DNA of 63,707 nt, the filler included, from Chiloscyllium plagiosum (lineage: Eukaryota): assembly GCF_004010195.1 (NCBI RefSeq). It is 5 parts of one record of this genome, joined end to end, with 100 filler letters (N's around TTAATTAATTAA, not from the genome) between each part and the next. Parts side by side here need not be neighbours in the genome. Positions count along the whole stretch, not along the records: positions 16,829 to 25,697 come from NC_057710.1; positions 25,798 to 52,504 come from NC_057710.1; 3 more parts are not named here. The stretch is one strand, 5' to 3'. This document shows positions 24,100 through 36,600 of the stretch, in pieces. The notes beneath the pieces are model-generated. The model worked only from the letters and a program-made list of their open reading frames with translations. It searched no databases and had not been told where the DNA came from. The position numbers and the translations under genes were made by a program. Within the stretch, counting starts at the first letter, position 1. Each line of letters opens with the position of its first letter.

Positions 24100-25697
24100 C
24101 TCTTTTTGCTGTTTTGAATTCATGTGCCGGTGGACATTGGAGTGCGTCTGGGAATATTAAAAAACAGTGAATTTCACAACTAATCTTGGAGGAACCTGTT
24201 TGGGCGAAGTTCACAACATAGAATCAGATAAGTTAATCATTGTTTTAAATATGTCCAATAGAAAGGCTGCAGTAGTGAGGGGAGTGGGTTCTTTCTTGAT
24301 CATATGTTTTTGGAGATATGTCTCTTGATTAAACTTAGAATATAAGCCATAACTATTAATTTAACCTGGGGTAGTGTTTTGTAGAAGAATAAGACGGTGT
24401 TATTTTCTGGGTCTGTAGAATGTGAAGGAGCAAAAGTGACCTTTAGTACAGTGATATGTACTTCTTGTCAGATNNNNNNNNNNNNNNNNNNNNNNNNNNN
24501 NNNNNNNNNNNNNNNNNNNNNNNNNNNNNNNNNNNNNNNNNNNNNNNNNNNNNNNNNNNNNNNNNNNNNNNNNNNNNNNNNNNNNNNNNNNNNNNNNNNN
24601 NNNNNNNNNNNNNNNNNNNNNNNNNNNNNNNNNNNNNNNNNNNNNNNNNNNNNNNNNNNNNNNNNNNNNNNNNNNNNNNNNNNNNNNNNNNNNNNNNNNN
24701 NNNNNNNNNNNNNNNNNNNNNNNNNNNNNNNNNNNNNNNNNNNNNNNNNNNNNNNNNNNNNNNNNNNNNNNNNNNNNNNNNNNNNNNNNNNNNNNNNNNN
24801 NNNNNNNNNNNNNNNNNNNNNNNNNNNNNNNNNNNNNNNNNNNNNNNNNNNNNNNNNNNNNNNNNNNNNNNNNNNNNNNNNNNNNNNNNNNNNNNNNNNN
24901 NNNNNNNNNNNNNNNNNNNNNNNNNNNNNNNNNNNNNNNNNNNNNNNNNNNNNNNNNNNNNNNNNNNNNNNNNTCAGATCAAATGGATCGGTTGGAGAGA
25001 CAGTTAAAAGCGATGAGGAATTTGTAACAGCAACAGTATGTGATGGATGGCAGTTATAGGAAGGGGGGCAAGTCTCAGATACAGTCACATAGGTGGGTTA
25101 ACTCCAGGAAAGGTAAGAGAGGTAAGCACCTAGGGCAGGAGCCTTTGTGGATATACCCATTTCAAACAAGAATGCTGTTCTGGAAAATGTAGGGGGTGAT
25201 GGATTCTCAGGGGAATGTAGCACGAACAGCCAAGTTTCTGGTATTGAGACTGGCTCTAATGCAACGAGGGGTACATCAGCTTCCAAGTGATCAATTGTGT
25301 TCAGGGATTCTGTAGTCAGAGGTACAGACAGACGTTTCTGTGGCCAGAAAAGATTTACAAGGATGTTGCCAGAGTTGGAGGATTTGAGGTATAGGGAGAG
25401 GCTGAACAGGCTGGGGCTGTTTTCCCTGGAACATTGGAGGCTGAGGGGTGACCTCATAGAGGTTTACAAAATTATGAGGGGCATGGATAAGGTAAAGAGG
25501 CAAAGTCTTTTCCCTGGGGTCGGGGAGTCCAGAACTAGAGGGCATAGGTTTAGGGTGAGAGGGGAAAGACATAAAAGAGACCTAAGGGGCAACTTTTTCA
25601 CGCAGAGGGTGGTATGTGTATGGAATGAGCTGCCAGAGGAAGTGGTGGAGGTTGGTACAATTGCAACATTTAAGAGGCATTTGGATGGGTATATGAA
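24100..25697 (+). mobile_element. Internally deleted CR1-like LINE (5' UTR and ORF1 start fused to the ORF2 C-terminus), contains a 500-N gap
   Basis: TFSTVICTSCQ (ORF1 Cys motif) and the esterase start IVFRDSVVRGTDRRFCG join at about 25347 directly to QKRFTRMLP...WNELPEEVV. Confidence 0.75.
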
Positions 25698-25797
25698 NNN
25701 NNNNNNNNNNNNNNNNNNNNNNNNNNNNNNNNNNNNNNNNNTTAATTAATTAANNNNNNNNNNNNNNNNNNNNNNNNNNNNNNNNNNNNNNNNNNNN

Positions 25798-26296
25798 GGA
25801 TGTGGATGAGATGTGTTGGAGGGCATCTTTAACCACGTGGGAAGGGAAATTGCAGTCTCTATGGAAGGAGGCCATCTGGTGTGTTATGTGGTGGAACTGG
25901 TCCTCCTGGGAGCTGATATGGCGAAGGCGGAGGATTTGGGAATACGGGATGGCATTTTTGCAGGAGGTAGAGTGGGAAGAGGTGTAATTTAGGTAGCTGT
26001 GGGAGTCAGTGGGTTTGTAAAAAATGTTAGTGTCAAGTTGGTCGTCATTAATGGAGATGGAGAGGGCCAGGAAGGGGAGGGAGGTGTCAGAGATGGTCCA
26101 GGTGAATTTAAGATCGGGGTGGAATGTATTGGTGAAGTTGGTGAATTACTTAACCTCCTTGCGGGAACACGAGGTGGCGCCAATGCAGTCATCAATGTAG
26201 CGGAGGAAGAGGTAGGGACTGGTGCTGGTGTAACATTTTCAGCATCACTCTAATCTAGACTCTGGTTTCCAGCATCTGCAGGGCTTGTTTTTACCA
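25798..26296 (-). mobile_element. Penelope-like RT fragment with an inverted pLTR tail
   Basis: The minus frame contains LFLRYIDD...TFHPDLKFTWTIS...LPFL...YKPTDSHSYL...KNAIPYSQ. Segment 26236-26296 is the family-B terminus in the opposite orientation. Confidence 0.85.
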
Positions 26297-26502
26297 AATG
26301 GCTTTATACGTCTAGCACCACCTCTCCCCCCTTCCCACCCCCCCACCCCCAACCCCCCTGCACCTCAGGATGGTCTGAGGGGTCTCAGTACTTCCTGGAA
26401 AAAAAGTCTGAATTGTCCCCCACCCTCCTCTGCCTGGCTAAGCTCATCCTTTTGAACAACTCCTCCTTTAACTCATCTCACTTTCTTCAGATCAAAGATG
26501 TT

Positions 26503-26786
26503 AGATTAGAGTGGTGCTGGAAAAGGACAGCAGTTCAGGCAGCATCCGATCACCTCCATCCCCACCCCCATTCACCTATTGTACTCTATGCTACTTTCTC
26601 CCCACCCCCACCCCCCTCTCATTTATCTCTCCATCCTGCTGGCACTCTGCCTCTCTTCCTGATGAAGGGCTTTGCTCGAAACGTCAATTTTCGTGCTCCT
26701 CGGACGCTGCCTGAACTGCTGTGCTTTTCCAGTGCCACTCTCCTCTAGAATCTGGTTTCCAGCATCTGCAGTCCTTGTTTTTACCT
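26503..26786 (+). mobile_element. Penelope pLTR insert (family B) with an inverted 5' segment
   Basis: 14-bp TSD AGATCAAAGATGTT at 26489-26502 and 26787-26800. Segment 26503-26549 is antisense to about 26700-26747. Confidence 0.88.
26659..26685 (+). ncRNA. Minimal hammerhead ribozyme motif
   Basis: CTGATGA A GGGC-TTT-GCTC GAAA CG TC. Confidence 0.6.
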
Positions 26787-26881
26787 AGATCAAAGATGTT
26801 GCCATGAGTACACACATGTGCCCCAGTTATATCTGTATCTTTGTGAGGTTCGCGAGAACATTTCTTGTTAACAACTACTTT

Positions 26882-26911
26882 CTGAAGAAGGGTCACTGGA
26901 CCCGAAATGTT
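26882..26911 (+). ncRNA. Minimal hammerhead ribozyme motif (old family)
   Basis: CTGAAGA A GGGTC-ACTG-GACCC GAAA TG TT. Confidence 0.55.
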
Positions 26912-28489
26912 GACTCTACTTTCTCTCCATTGATGCTGCTGGACCCATTGAGTTTCTCTAGCACTTTTTGCTTTGGTAGCAGAATGTCTTGACTCCTTAA
27001 TCAGATGCAATACCTTTTCTAAAGGACGCCATTAACGTTGGATCACTCTTATAAGGATGGCTCTATACTTATTATCCAGTAAAATCAGTAAGATTAAAAA
27101 CAAACAAAAGCCTTCCTCCAGAGCAATATGATTTGCCAATCCACGTTCACAAGGCTCTATACTGGAAATGCAATCTCACTGTATTTGGTGTCACTATACA
27201 GTTAACAATTTCAGTTTAGTTTAATACAGAGTGCATTAAAATATTGCAACTTGATTGAAGGTAATGCATCAACAATACACAGTTAATTAAATTGAATTAA
27301 TCCAAATAGCCTTCATAAGCAACCTTGTGATATTAGTGGTACATGACCTTCAATGCCCTGTAACAAGGCTAATAAATTTTAACATACTTTTGGAATAGGG
27401 AGAATAGTTAAGTAGACACTGCAGAGATATTGTCAAAGTTTTAAGATGCAATGGCAGTAACTAATTTCAAATCTAAATCCCCTTATCATACAATGACATA
27501 AGGATGGACTTTTATCTTAATTTTTCTTCAATTCCCTGACTCTTCTTCTCTTTTTGAGCAATACAATTTGACAATGTCATATTTAGGGTTGACATCAAAG
27601 TTTTTATTTTAGTTGAAATAATGGGTCTTCAAGAATACACGTTATCCGCATTTTCCTGCTTTAAGTTGACATTCCCAGAATAACGGTGAAAAGATGGAGA
27701 TATCTCATTCCCCAGATCTATCACAGACACAAAATTACTTGGAGCTTCTTCAATGTTCAGGTGAGCTTGGGCTTCTCAAAGGTGAGGGCCTAGCATTTGG
27801 ATGTTACTCAGGTTACATTTCTGGTCTCTCACCACATTTCTCTCAAATGGTGATTGAATACTCCAAGAGCAAAGAAAATCAGAATGAAGAAGATGCAAAT
27901 TCCCTTTCTGACTGCTCCAGACCCACAGGGCAGGCTGAAGTCTAACATGGCGTAAAGACTGTGGTTTTATCCTTGTGCTTTTTAAAACTTCAGATTGAAA
28001 TGAAAAAAATCACCATTTGAAACCCAGGGATGTACAAGAACAGCTGCATATTTTATAAGTAAAAAAATGATACCTCTCTGAACCTTGTTGAGAGTTCCAG
28101 CAATGTGCAGGTGAAAACTGAAACGAAAGAGTTGTTTCGAAGTGAAGCTGAATGCTTTATGCACGAGGGACCAATTACCAAAGACAAAGGTTGCCTGCCA
28201 AAATCAAGGTGATTGGTTGTCAGGTAGCTAAAGAGCTTGGTATGTAAGATACTTGCCAGATCAGAAGAGAAAGCAGCTAGTCTGCACCAGCCAAAACCTC
28301 TCCCCCCTCTCTCTTTCTTTCATTTCTGTGCAGTAAGCCACTTGAAGCCTGAGCAAACCAGCCCACCTTCTGTTCAGCAGCCACAGCAAGCTATGACTTT
28401 GAATTGGATAAATCAGAGATCTTTGATAATGAGACAGTCATCCTATGCCTCTTGAAAACCAGTGGAGCAGTGGGGTGGGGAGACATGAT

Positions 28490-28875
28490 TGTGATCTATA
28501 AGGTTAAGAGGAGCATAGACAGGATAGAAAGGAAGAAACCTTCCCCCTTAGAAGAAGGATCAATGACTGGGGTATAAATTTTGTTAAAGGGCAGCATGGT
28601 AGGAATCTGGAGCTCACTGCCTGTAAAGACAGTCGAGGCAGATGCCCTCATAGCATTTGAGAAATGTTTAGATGTGTTCTTATGATGTCAAGGCATACAA
28701 GACATTGGAGCAAGTGCTGTAAATGATATTTGGATAGATATGTGGTTGCTTTTGACCAGTGCAGCCTTGATGGGACAAAGGGCCTTCTGCTCTGCTGTTT
28801 GATCATACTGAATGGTGGGGGAGGCTCGAAGGGTTGAATAGCCTACTCCTCATCTATACTCTAGGTTCTAATGTA
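28490..28875 (+). mobile_element. Diverged CR1-like LINE 3' fragments
   Basis: Decayed YKVKRSIDR...WSSLP-type sequence and GGCTCGAAGGGTTGAATAGCCTACTCCT tail. Confidence 0.6.
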
Positions 28876-29144
28876 ATCCTTGATTCTCTTACCTTTCAAA
28901 AAAAACTATCTAATTCAGCCCTGAATAAACTTAATGACTTGGCCTCCATGGAAGAGAATTTGATAGACTAGCCTCTGAAAGAAAAATAATTCTTTTCAGT
29001 GAAACTTCTTATTCTTAAAATATATCCACAAGTTTGAGACTCTTTCAAAGAGTAAATATCCTTCCAGAACACTGGACTGTAATGTTTAAAGGCCATTGTT
29101 TCAAACTCCATTCTGGCAGCTCATGAAATTTGAAATCAAGAAAA

Positions 29145-29410
29145 ACACCTAGAATTAAAAGCTAATTTAGTGGTAACCACCAATGAGTTTCTTTTAAAAT
29201 TGTTCCGTATTGTCCTTTCTGAAAGGGAATCTCCTGTCTGTGCCTGATTCCACCTACATGTGACTCCAAGCACAGTGCAGTGTGATCGACTCATAACTTT
29301 CCTCTGAAATGGCCTAATAAAACATCCAGTTCCAGGGCAGTTAAGGTTGAGCAATAATTGCTGGCTTAGATAATGATGCCCACTTCTCCTGATTGAATAT
29401 ATTAAAAAAG
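29145..29410 (+). mobile_element. Second SINE family, 3' part
   Basis: ACATGTGACTCCA...CCTCTGAAATGGCCTA...GGGCAGTTAAGG...ATGCCCAC shared with 51935-52192. Confidence 0.65.
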
Positions 29411-30195
29411 ATTTTAAAAGATTAGAAAGGATAATGAGTAGAGAAACAAAATTGTTCACGATTGCAAATGGGATTAACATTGAGTGAAGCTAATGCGGGC
29501 TAAAGACCTGCTGTCTACAAAGATATTAAAAGTCAGAAAGTGAAGCTCATTAAAGTTCACACAATCCAAAGACATACGTATGTAGTAAACTAAGGGTAGG
29601 AGCTGAGGGTTGATATTCATTTTAGTGAAAAGTAAATTGAAAGAATTTTATTCTAATTTAAAAGGTGATAAAAGTTAAGATTAATCTTGGAGATTAGCAA
29701 AGACTCAAACAATATATTAATAAATATGTAACTGAATGCTATAATGTAACATTTAGATTAGATTAGATTCCCTCAGTGTGGAATTTTGTTCTATTAAGGA
29801 GAAGCTTCAAAGAGGTCTTTTTTTCTCACCCTTGTCTTTGTTAAAAATCTTATGGGAGGACACCATGAGGCTTGGCTGGGACACTTTGTCCGACTTAATA
29901 GCTCTCCAATACTCTTAGTTGGATGTGTACATGAAAATTGACAAGATTCTGGAGAATTGCCAACCGCTGTATAATTATATTCTCACCAGGTTTACTGTCT
30001 TCAGGAGAAACTGAAGGCCAGGGGCAAAGACAGCGTGTCGCTGCTGCAGTGGAAACGTAAACCACAGACTGATTCAAATGGTTAAGTCCATGGTTTTAAC
30101 TTTCCACAGAAAATGTGGACAACTCTCAACTGCATGGAGGATTGGCCAGGGGAGATGTGACCACTTTCTCCACAGGTTGGCCATGAGGAACAGCT

Positions 30196-30487
30196 CATGG
30201 TGGCCCAGTGGTTGGCACTGCTGCCTCACATCACTGGGGATCCAGGTTCAATTCTAGCCTCGGACAACTGTCTATGTGGAGTTTCCATGTTCTTTCTGTG
30301 TCTACATGGGTTTCCACTGGACGCTCTGTTTTTTTTCCCACAGTCAAAAGTTATGGGGCTTAGGTGAATTGGCAACGATAAATGTGGAGTAATGGGGATA
30401 GGATAGTGGACTGAGTGGGATGTCCTTTAAGGATCAGTGTAGACTTGATGGGTCAATTGACATCTTTCTGCATTGTAGGGATTCTAA
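30196..30487 (+). mobile_element. HE1-like SINE
   Basis: GGTGGCCCAGTGGTTGGC...GGTTCAATTC head and shared body. Confidence 0.75.
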
Positions 30488-30547
30488 GTTGTGATTGTGG
30501 CCATCCAAGTCAGAATATGGTCCCAAGCCTGAATTTCATCATCTTTA

Positions 30548-31054
30548 ATCCCTACAGTGTGGAATCAGGCCATTCAACAAGGCAGAAGTGAGGACTGCAG
30601 ATGCTGGAGATTAGAGTGGTGCTGGAGATGCACAGCAGGTCAGGCAGCATCCGAAGAGCAGGAAAATCAATGTTTTGGGCAAAAAGCCCTTCATCAGGAA
30701 TGAGGCTAGAAGCCTTGGAGTGGAGAGATAAGTGGGAAGGAGTGGGGCTCAACAAGTCCACACTGACTCTCCAAACAGCATCCCATTCAGACCCATCCCT
30801 GTACTCTATCCCTGTAACTGTGCATTTCCCAAGGCTAATGCACCTAACCTACACATCCCTGAACACTATGGGTAATTTAGCATGGCCAATCTTTGGACTG
30901 TGGGAGGAAACTGGAACATCCAGTGGGTAGAAAGCCACACAGACACAGGGAGAACATGCAAACTCCACACAGACAATTGCCCGAGGTTGGAATCAAACCC
31001 AGGTCCCTTGTGCTGTGAGGCAACAGGGCTAACCACTGAGCCACCGTGCTGCCC
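30548..31054 (-). mobile_element. HE1-like SINE interrupted by a Penelope insert
   Basis: Minus-strand head GGGGCAGCACGGTGGCTCAGTGGTTAG. The tail resumes after 30748. Confidence 0.85.
30582..30748 (-). mobile_element. Short Penelope pLTR insert
   Basis: 8-bp TSD TCAACAAG at 30574-30581 and 30749-30756. The hammerhead GAAA is mutated. Confidence 0.8.
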
Positions 31055-31469
31055 CAAACTTCTGCTGTGAGACCCATTCCTGGTGGTATTGCAACCTTTT
31101 GGGTTGTATCAGCTGAAGTCACTGCCTGGATTTTAACCTCAAATCAAGCTGTCAGTGTTTTCTTGGGCTTCCCATTATGATCTCATTTCAAGGTTTGATA
31201 TTGTAGAGAAAACTCATGACAACAGACAATGGTAGAGTTGACTGGCCATTGCTGCCTCAGAGCTCATGACCCTAAAGGTCTGGCTTGCAGCTCCACTTGG
31301 GGTCCTGAACCCCCCACCTGGAAAACCTTATCAAAATACTGCCTCAGCCACACCTTTTAAAAAAATTTACATAAACCAATGAAAGTCTGCTGTTTCTCAT
31401 GCAAATGAAATTTACATGCACAATTCCACATTTGATTAGATGTGCCCTGTGTCACCTACCATAAGACTC

Positions 31470-32195
31470 CATGTCTGCATGGGTTTCCTCCACGTGCTCC
31501 AGTTTCCTCAATGTGCAGGTTAGGTGGATTGGACATGGGAAATGCAGGATTACAGGGATTAGCATGGAGGGGATGCTCTTTAGAGGGTGTACTTGATGGT
31601 TCAAATGGCTTGCTTCCACAATGTAGGGATTCTAAGACATAGGAACAGAATTAGGCCATTAGCCCCATCAAATCTGCTCTGCATTCAGTCATGTCTTATA
31701 TGTTTCTCAACCCCATGCTCCTACCATCTCCCTTGATTCCCTCATTAATCAAGAATATTTCTAACTCTGCTTTAAATACACTCAATGGCTTCACCCCACA
31801 GTCTTCTATGGCAATGAGTTCCACAGATTCACTGTCCCCTGGGTGACAAAATTCCTCTTCATTTCAGTTCTAAAGCATTGTCCCTTCACTCTGAGGTTGG
31901 GTCCTAGTCTCTCCTACTGGTGGAAATATCTGCTCTATGTCCACTCTATTCAGCCTCTTAGTATTCTTTAATTTTCAATCGAATGCCTCTCTTCATCGAG
32001 CACAGGCCCAGAAGTTCTCAATCAGCCCTCTCATGACAAGCTCTTCATCCTCGGGATCATTCTTGTCAACCTGATCTGGATCCCTTCCACCACCAGCAGA
32101 TCTTTCTTTAGATATGGTGCCAAAACTACTCACAATATTCTAAATGTGGTCTGACCAGAGTCTTATACAGCCTTAGCAGTACATATCTGCTCTCA
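31470..32195. mobile_element. Truncated HE1-like SINE (+, to about 31636) abutting an old LINE 3' end (-)
   Basis: SINE body and tail followed by GACATAGGAACAGAATTAGGCC, matching 54333. Confidence 0.65.
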
Positions 32196-32919
32196 CTTCT
32201 GACAGGATTTATAGGAGAGACAGGAGGCAGCCAAGAGTTTGCTGAGATTTTTCTTGTGAAATAATTACTGATCCACTGCATCGAAATCGCACCATAATTT
32301 GAATGATAAATGCATCTTCACACAGCTTTAGGTTTTGTTAGAATCAATTATTGATGTAATTCTTTTCATACATTTCAAATGTTTCCTATGAAGCACAACA
32401 AACAGTTATATAGCCAGATTTGCTTGTAACCACAGTGCGTCTTCACATTTTCCAATGCTGACTGCTGACTTACTACCAAGGGTTTTTAAAAGATATATAA
32501 TTCATCACAATCTGTTCTTACTGCTGCCAAAATTAGAGTAGGACAAGAGTTTAATGTTACCAATCTAAATTTTATAACATCACTTAAATGATTTTAATAA
32601 TTGCTTGCTTCACTTTCCCCAACTTCTCTGTTCTTCAATCTGTGCCAGTTTCTCAGGCAAGTTCATAGTTTCTACAAATTCTTGCACTACCACTGAATAC
32701 ATTGGATATCGCTCAGTCACTGAATGCAATTCTCATGCCATTACTCAACTACTGCATGCAACTTCCAGAGCCAAGTTCCAGTTTATCTCAAAATATCTTA
32801 CATGCTACTCATGCAGTTTATGTAGGCTACCAAGGCTCAAACTCCTTCACCATGTTTATTTAACTTGTATGTTCAGAGTAAGTTTTGATTGGCAAAACAG
32901 CCATGATTGCACACCATAT

Positions 32920-33115
32920 TCTCTCTCTCTGGGCTCCATCTCTGCCTATAATTTACTCCTCCCCCTCCCCCACCCCATCCTCTGCATAAGTACCAACCTT
33001 TTCCGAATTGCAATCAGTTCCGAGGAAGACTCACTGGACCCAAAAAATTAACTCTGTTTTCTCCCCAAGGTTGCTGTCAGACCTGCTGAGTCATTCCAGC
33101 AAATGCTGTTTCTTT
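32920..33115 (+). mobile_element. Old Penelope-like pLTR with a degenerate hammerhead
   Basis: CAGTTCCGAGGAAGACTCACTGGACCCAAAAAATTAACTCTG...GACCTGCTGAG. Confidence 0.6.
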
Positions 33116-35139
33116 TCCACTATTGATACTTTAGTAAATGTGGATGATTGACATTTTTCTTGGCTAGTTGTGAAACAAGTTTATTTTCAGAAAGTGGGAG
33201 GTTCTACTGTCGCTATAGCATTTATTGATTCTACATCAAATGACTGCAGCAGTTCAAAAAGGAAACTTACCACTATCTTCTTAAGAGAAACGAGAGATGG
33301 TAAATAAATACTGGCCTGCCAACAATGCCCACATCCCATGAATGCAAATATAAAACACCATGTGTGAATGCCAGTAGAGGGTATGGGGAGTGAGAAAGGA
33401 TGGAGGACGTAGCTTGCATTGAGGGTACAAGTTACCATGGAGGGCAGATGGAGACATAGCTTGGCACAGACGATATGAGGAGCCATGAGTGGTAGACTGA
33501 GGGAATGAGATGGTATGGATAAGCACTTGGGAGTGTTGGGGGTGGTGAGGGTATTTGGGAACGTTGACATTAACATATTGAGAAACACTTCCACAGCACT
33601 TTTAAACAGCATGGCTTGGTACCCAGCAGCCCCTGTGGCATCTTCAGTCAGTTCAGAGGGCCATTAAAAAGTCAAATCACATTGTCATGAGTGTGGAGTC
33701 ATCCAGACCACATCAGGATGACAGGTTTCCTTTCTTAAAAAAAATTAGTAAACCAGGTTTCATTCTTGATAACTGCCTGCTCTCCACAGCAGGACATCCT
33801 GTCATGGTGCCTTATATAAATCAACTCTGCATATCTTAGGGAAATTGTATATGAATAAGTTTCTCATGCAAACAGTCTTAGTTCCCTCTCTGCACATTTG
33901 ATAAATCAAACATGACCTTTTCTTTTTATTGTGCATAAACAATAACCAAGCTTTCAAATGGCATTCTAGAAAAATCTAATTCAAATAACATTGCAGTTAC
34001 TGCAATGTTTTCAAAGACCACATTAATAATACTTTTTGATAATACTTTTTGAAATTGTCAATGATTTCAATGATTGAGCACAAGTGAATGAATAATGTCA
34101 TTTATTAACTCAAGATCTGACTGCAAATATGGTACAAATTTGTGGATTCATTTTTAGCAGTAGCAGTATATTACAATCTAAATGCCTCCGAAATCAATGT
34201 TGCTTCGTCATCAAGCAGCTACTCTATGAACTTAATAGACAGAAGGACAGGTTATAATGCAATAGAAATTGAACTGTATCAAGAACAGATGTTGCTAGAA
34301 ATGCTTAGTAAACCAAAGGGAAGGATAGACTAAAATTTAACTTGGCACCCTTTCACAACAAGCACAAAACACAAGAAATTTATTTGTTCCCGTTATGATC
34401 AAAGTGCACTTCTGAAAGACAACAATTATTGACATTTACATCAGAATTTGACATCTAAAATGTCCCATTAAACTTCATCTGACAAAAAGGTTGAAACATG
34501 GAAATAACTTCAATGATTGCTAAAAGATTGATATAGACATCCCAGAGAAGACAGGTTCCGAAGTATTGTCCAAATCATTAACTCACATCCCTGACCCGTG
34601 CTTCACTCAGGGAAGTCAAATTGGCCAGAGGATTTACAAGACGAATTGTTCACTCCACATTAGACTATGCAAAGGGAAAAGTCTGCTTTAGGTATGGCGT
34701 GATCTTATTTTCTGTGACTTATGATATCCATTTATCCTCATAAGATGTGCACAGGTTTCCATTTCAAAGCTAATATGCAATAAATATAACACACAATGAC
34801 AAATAAATATTTTTGATTAACTTTAAGAATTAAAGTTTCATTGAAGATCAATACTTTCTATTTTGATCAACTATTTTTAACTGATTCGTTTACAGACTTA
34901 TGCTATGCAATTAAGTAGCAGTCTAAATGAGTGGGTGTGAAAACTGGCTTAGATTAAGAACTGTTGCACAGTTCTGGCAAAAGTATTGCTGCAAATTTTC
35001 CAGGAAATCATGGTACAGAGTAAAAGGCAGAGAACCTTTTCACTGCTTCTTGGAATTCCACAGCAAGTTCGAACATAATATTATAATTGCAGTCTTGAAA
35101 ACCAAGACTTTAAGTGAAACATGTTTCCCTACCGAAGAG

Positions 35140-35233
35140 CTGAAAAATGTATTGCTGGAAAAGCGTAGCAGATCAGGCAGCATCAAAGGAGCAGGAGAAT
35201 CAACGTTTCGGGCATAAGCCCTTCTTCAGGAAG
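35140..35233 (-). mobile_element. 94-bp Penelope pLTR insert (family A) with an intact hammerhead core
   Basis: 13-bp TSD CCCTACCGAAGAG at 35127-35139 and 35234-35246. Confidence 0.88.
35202..35229 (-). ncRNA. Minimal hammerhead ribozyme motif
   Basis: Minus strand: CTGAAGA A GGGC-TTAT-GCCC GAAA CG TT. Confidence 0.65.
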
Positions 35234-35410
35234 CCCTACCGAAGAGTAACGATGCAAGACGGGAGTAAGACCCCACAACCCCTCGTGCCCCATTCCCACG
35301 CTCTCTCCTGACATTTCCATGTCCCCATTGCCCCCTCCCTTATTGTGTCAGTTGCCGTTTAAGTGGTATACATTTCCAGAACATTCAAGATACTTCTTTT
35401 CACTGTTATC

Positions 35411-35712
35411 CATAGAATGCCTGCAGTGCAGAAACAGGCCATTTGGCCCGATAAGCCCACACTGACCCTCTGATAAGCATCCCATCCAGACCCATCCCCT
35501 ACCTTATCCCTATAACCCTGTATTTCCCATGGCTAATGCACCTAACATACACATTGTTGGACTGTGGGAGGAAACCGAAGTACCTAGCTGAAACCCACAC
35601 CGAGGACACGGTGAGAACATGCAAACTCCACAGAGAGAGTCACCCGAAGCCAGAATTGAACCCAGGTCCCTGGAGTTGTGAGGCAGCAGTGCTAACTACT
35701 GAACCATTGTGC
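35411..35712 (-). mobile_element. HE1-like SINE
   Basis: Reverse complement of the SINE head (GGTTCAATTC B-box) and body. Confidence 0.82.
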
Positions 35713-35864
35713 AAGTATTAAACATTACAATATCTTTCATTGACTATCTAACCAATAATTCATTCATAGCATTAGAATGTTTTCAGGACAGTTTCTTAGA
35801 ACAATACATTTTGAAGCTAATCTGAGAACAGGCTCAACTAAATCGGTATTGTGCAACAATAATA

Positions 35865-36600
35865 GACCATAAGACCAAATGACAAGAGGAGTCGAATTAG
35901 GCCACTCAGCCCATCAAGTCTTCTCCACCATTCAATATGTTTCCCAACTCCATTCTCCTGCTTTCTCCCTGTAATCCGTGATTCATCTACTAATCAAGAA
36001 TCTACTTATCGCTGTCTTAAATACACTCAATAACCAGCCTCCACAATCCTGTGCGGCAATATGTTCCATAGAGCCATAACTCTTAGTGGGCGGCACGGTG
36101 GCACAGTGGTTAGCACTGCTGCCTCACAGAGCCAGAGACCTGGGTCCAATTCCCACCTCAGGCAGCTGTCTGTGTGGAGTTTGCACATTCTCCCGTGTCT
36201 GTGTAGGTTTGCTCCCACAGTCCAAAAATGTACAGGTTAGGTGAATTGGCCATGCTAAATTGCCTGTAGTGTTAGGTGAAGGGGTAAATGTAGGGAAATG
36301 GGAATGGGCCTGGGTGGGTTGCTCTTCGGAGCGTCAGTGTGGACTTGTTGGGCTGAAGGGCCTGTTTCCACACTGAAAATAATCTCTGGCTGAAGTAATT
36401 CCTCCTCATCTCCATTCTAAAGGATCATCACTTCAGCCTGAGGCTGTTCCCCTGAATCCTACAGTTGGAAACATCTCCTCCATATCCACTCTATCCGGCC
36501 TCTCAGTATCCTGTAAGTTTCAGTCAGATACTCCTCATCCATCTAAACTCTATCGAGTACAGACCCAGAGTCCTCAGCCATTCCTCATATGTCAGGCTCA
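35865..36600 (-). mobile_element. Old LINE 3' end carrying a nested SINE
   Basis: Matches 54333-54795. The minus frame reads LTYEEWLRTLGLYSIEFR. Confidence 0.7.
36088..36383 (+). mobile_element. HE1-like SINE, well preserved
   Basis: GGGCGGCACGGTGGCACAGTGGTTAGCACTGCTGCCTCAC...GGTCCAATTCCC head and GGGCCTGTTTCCACACTG tail. Confidence 0.88.

Larger units (their letters stand above)
26300..26975 (+). mobile_element. Older Penelope RT remnant plus pLTR, host of the 26503 insert
   Basis: FNSSHFLQIKDV-AMSTHMCPSY (degenerate G.AMG...PSY motif) once the insert is removed, followed by CTGAAGAAGGGTCACTGGACCCGAAA. Confidence 0.7.

Noticed and set aside
27830..27945. Minus-strand SLPCGSGAVRKGIC resembling a TSP1 repeat start
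   Set aside because: It lacks the leading Cys and the downstream TSP1 cysteines, and continues as hydrophobic low-information sequence.
29987..30072. Minus-strand segment ending CCTG|GTGAGA in phase 1 with a CLC motif, as a candidate penultimate exon
   Set aside because: The phase fits, but there is no CS.SCGGG or C..Q.C pattern and the acceptor is poor.
15741..36160. tRNA-like sequences with A and B boxes
   Set aside because: They are SINE heads followed by the shared SINE body, not cloverleaf tRNA genes.
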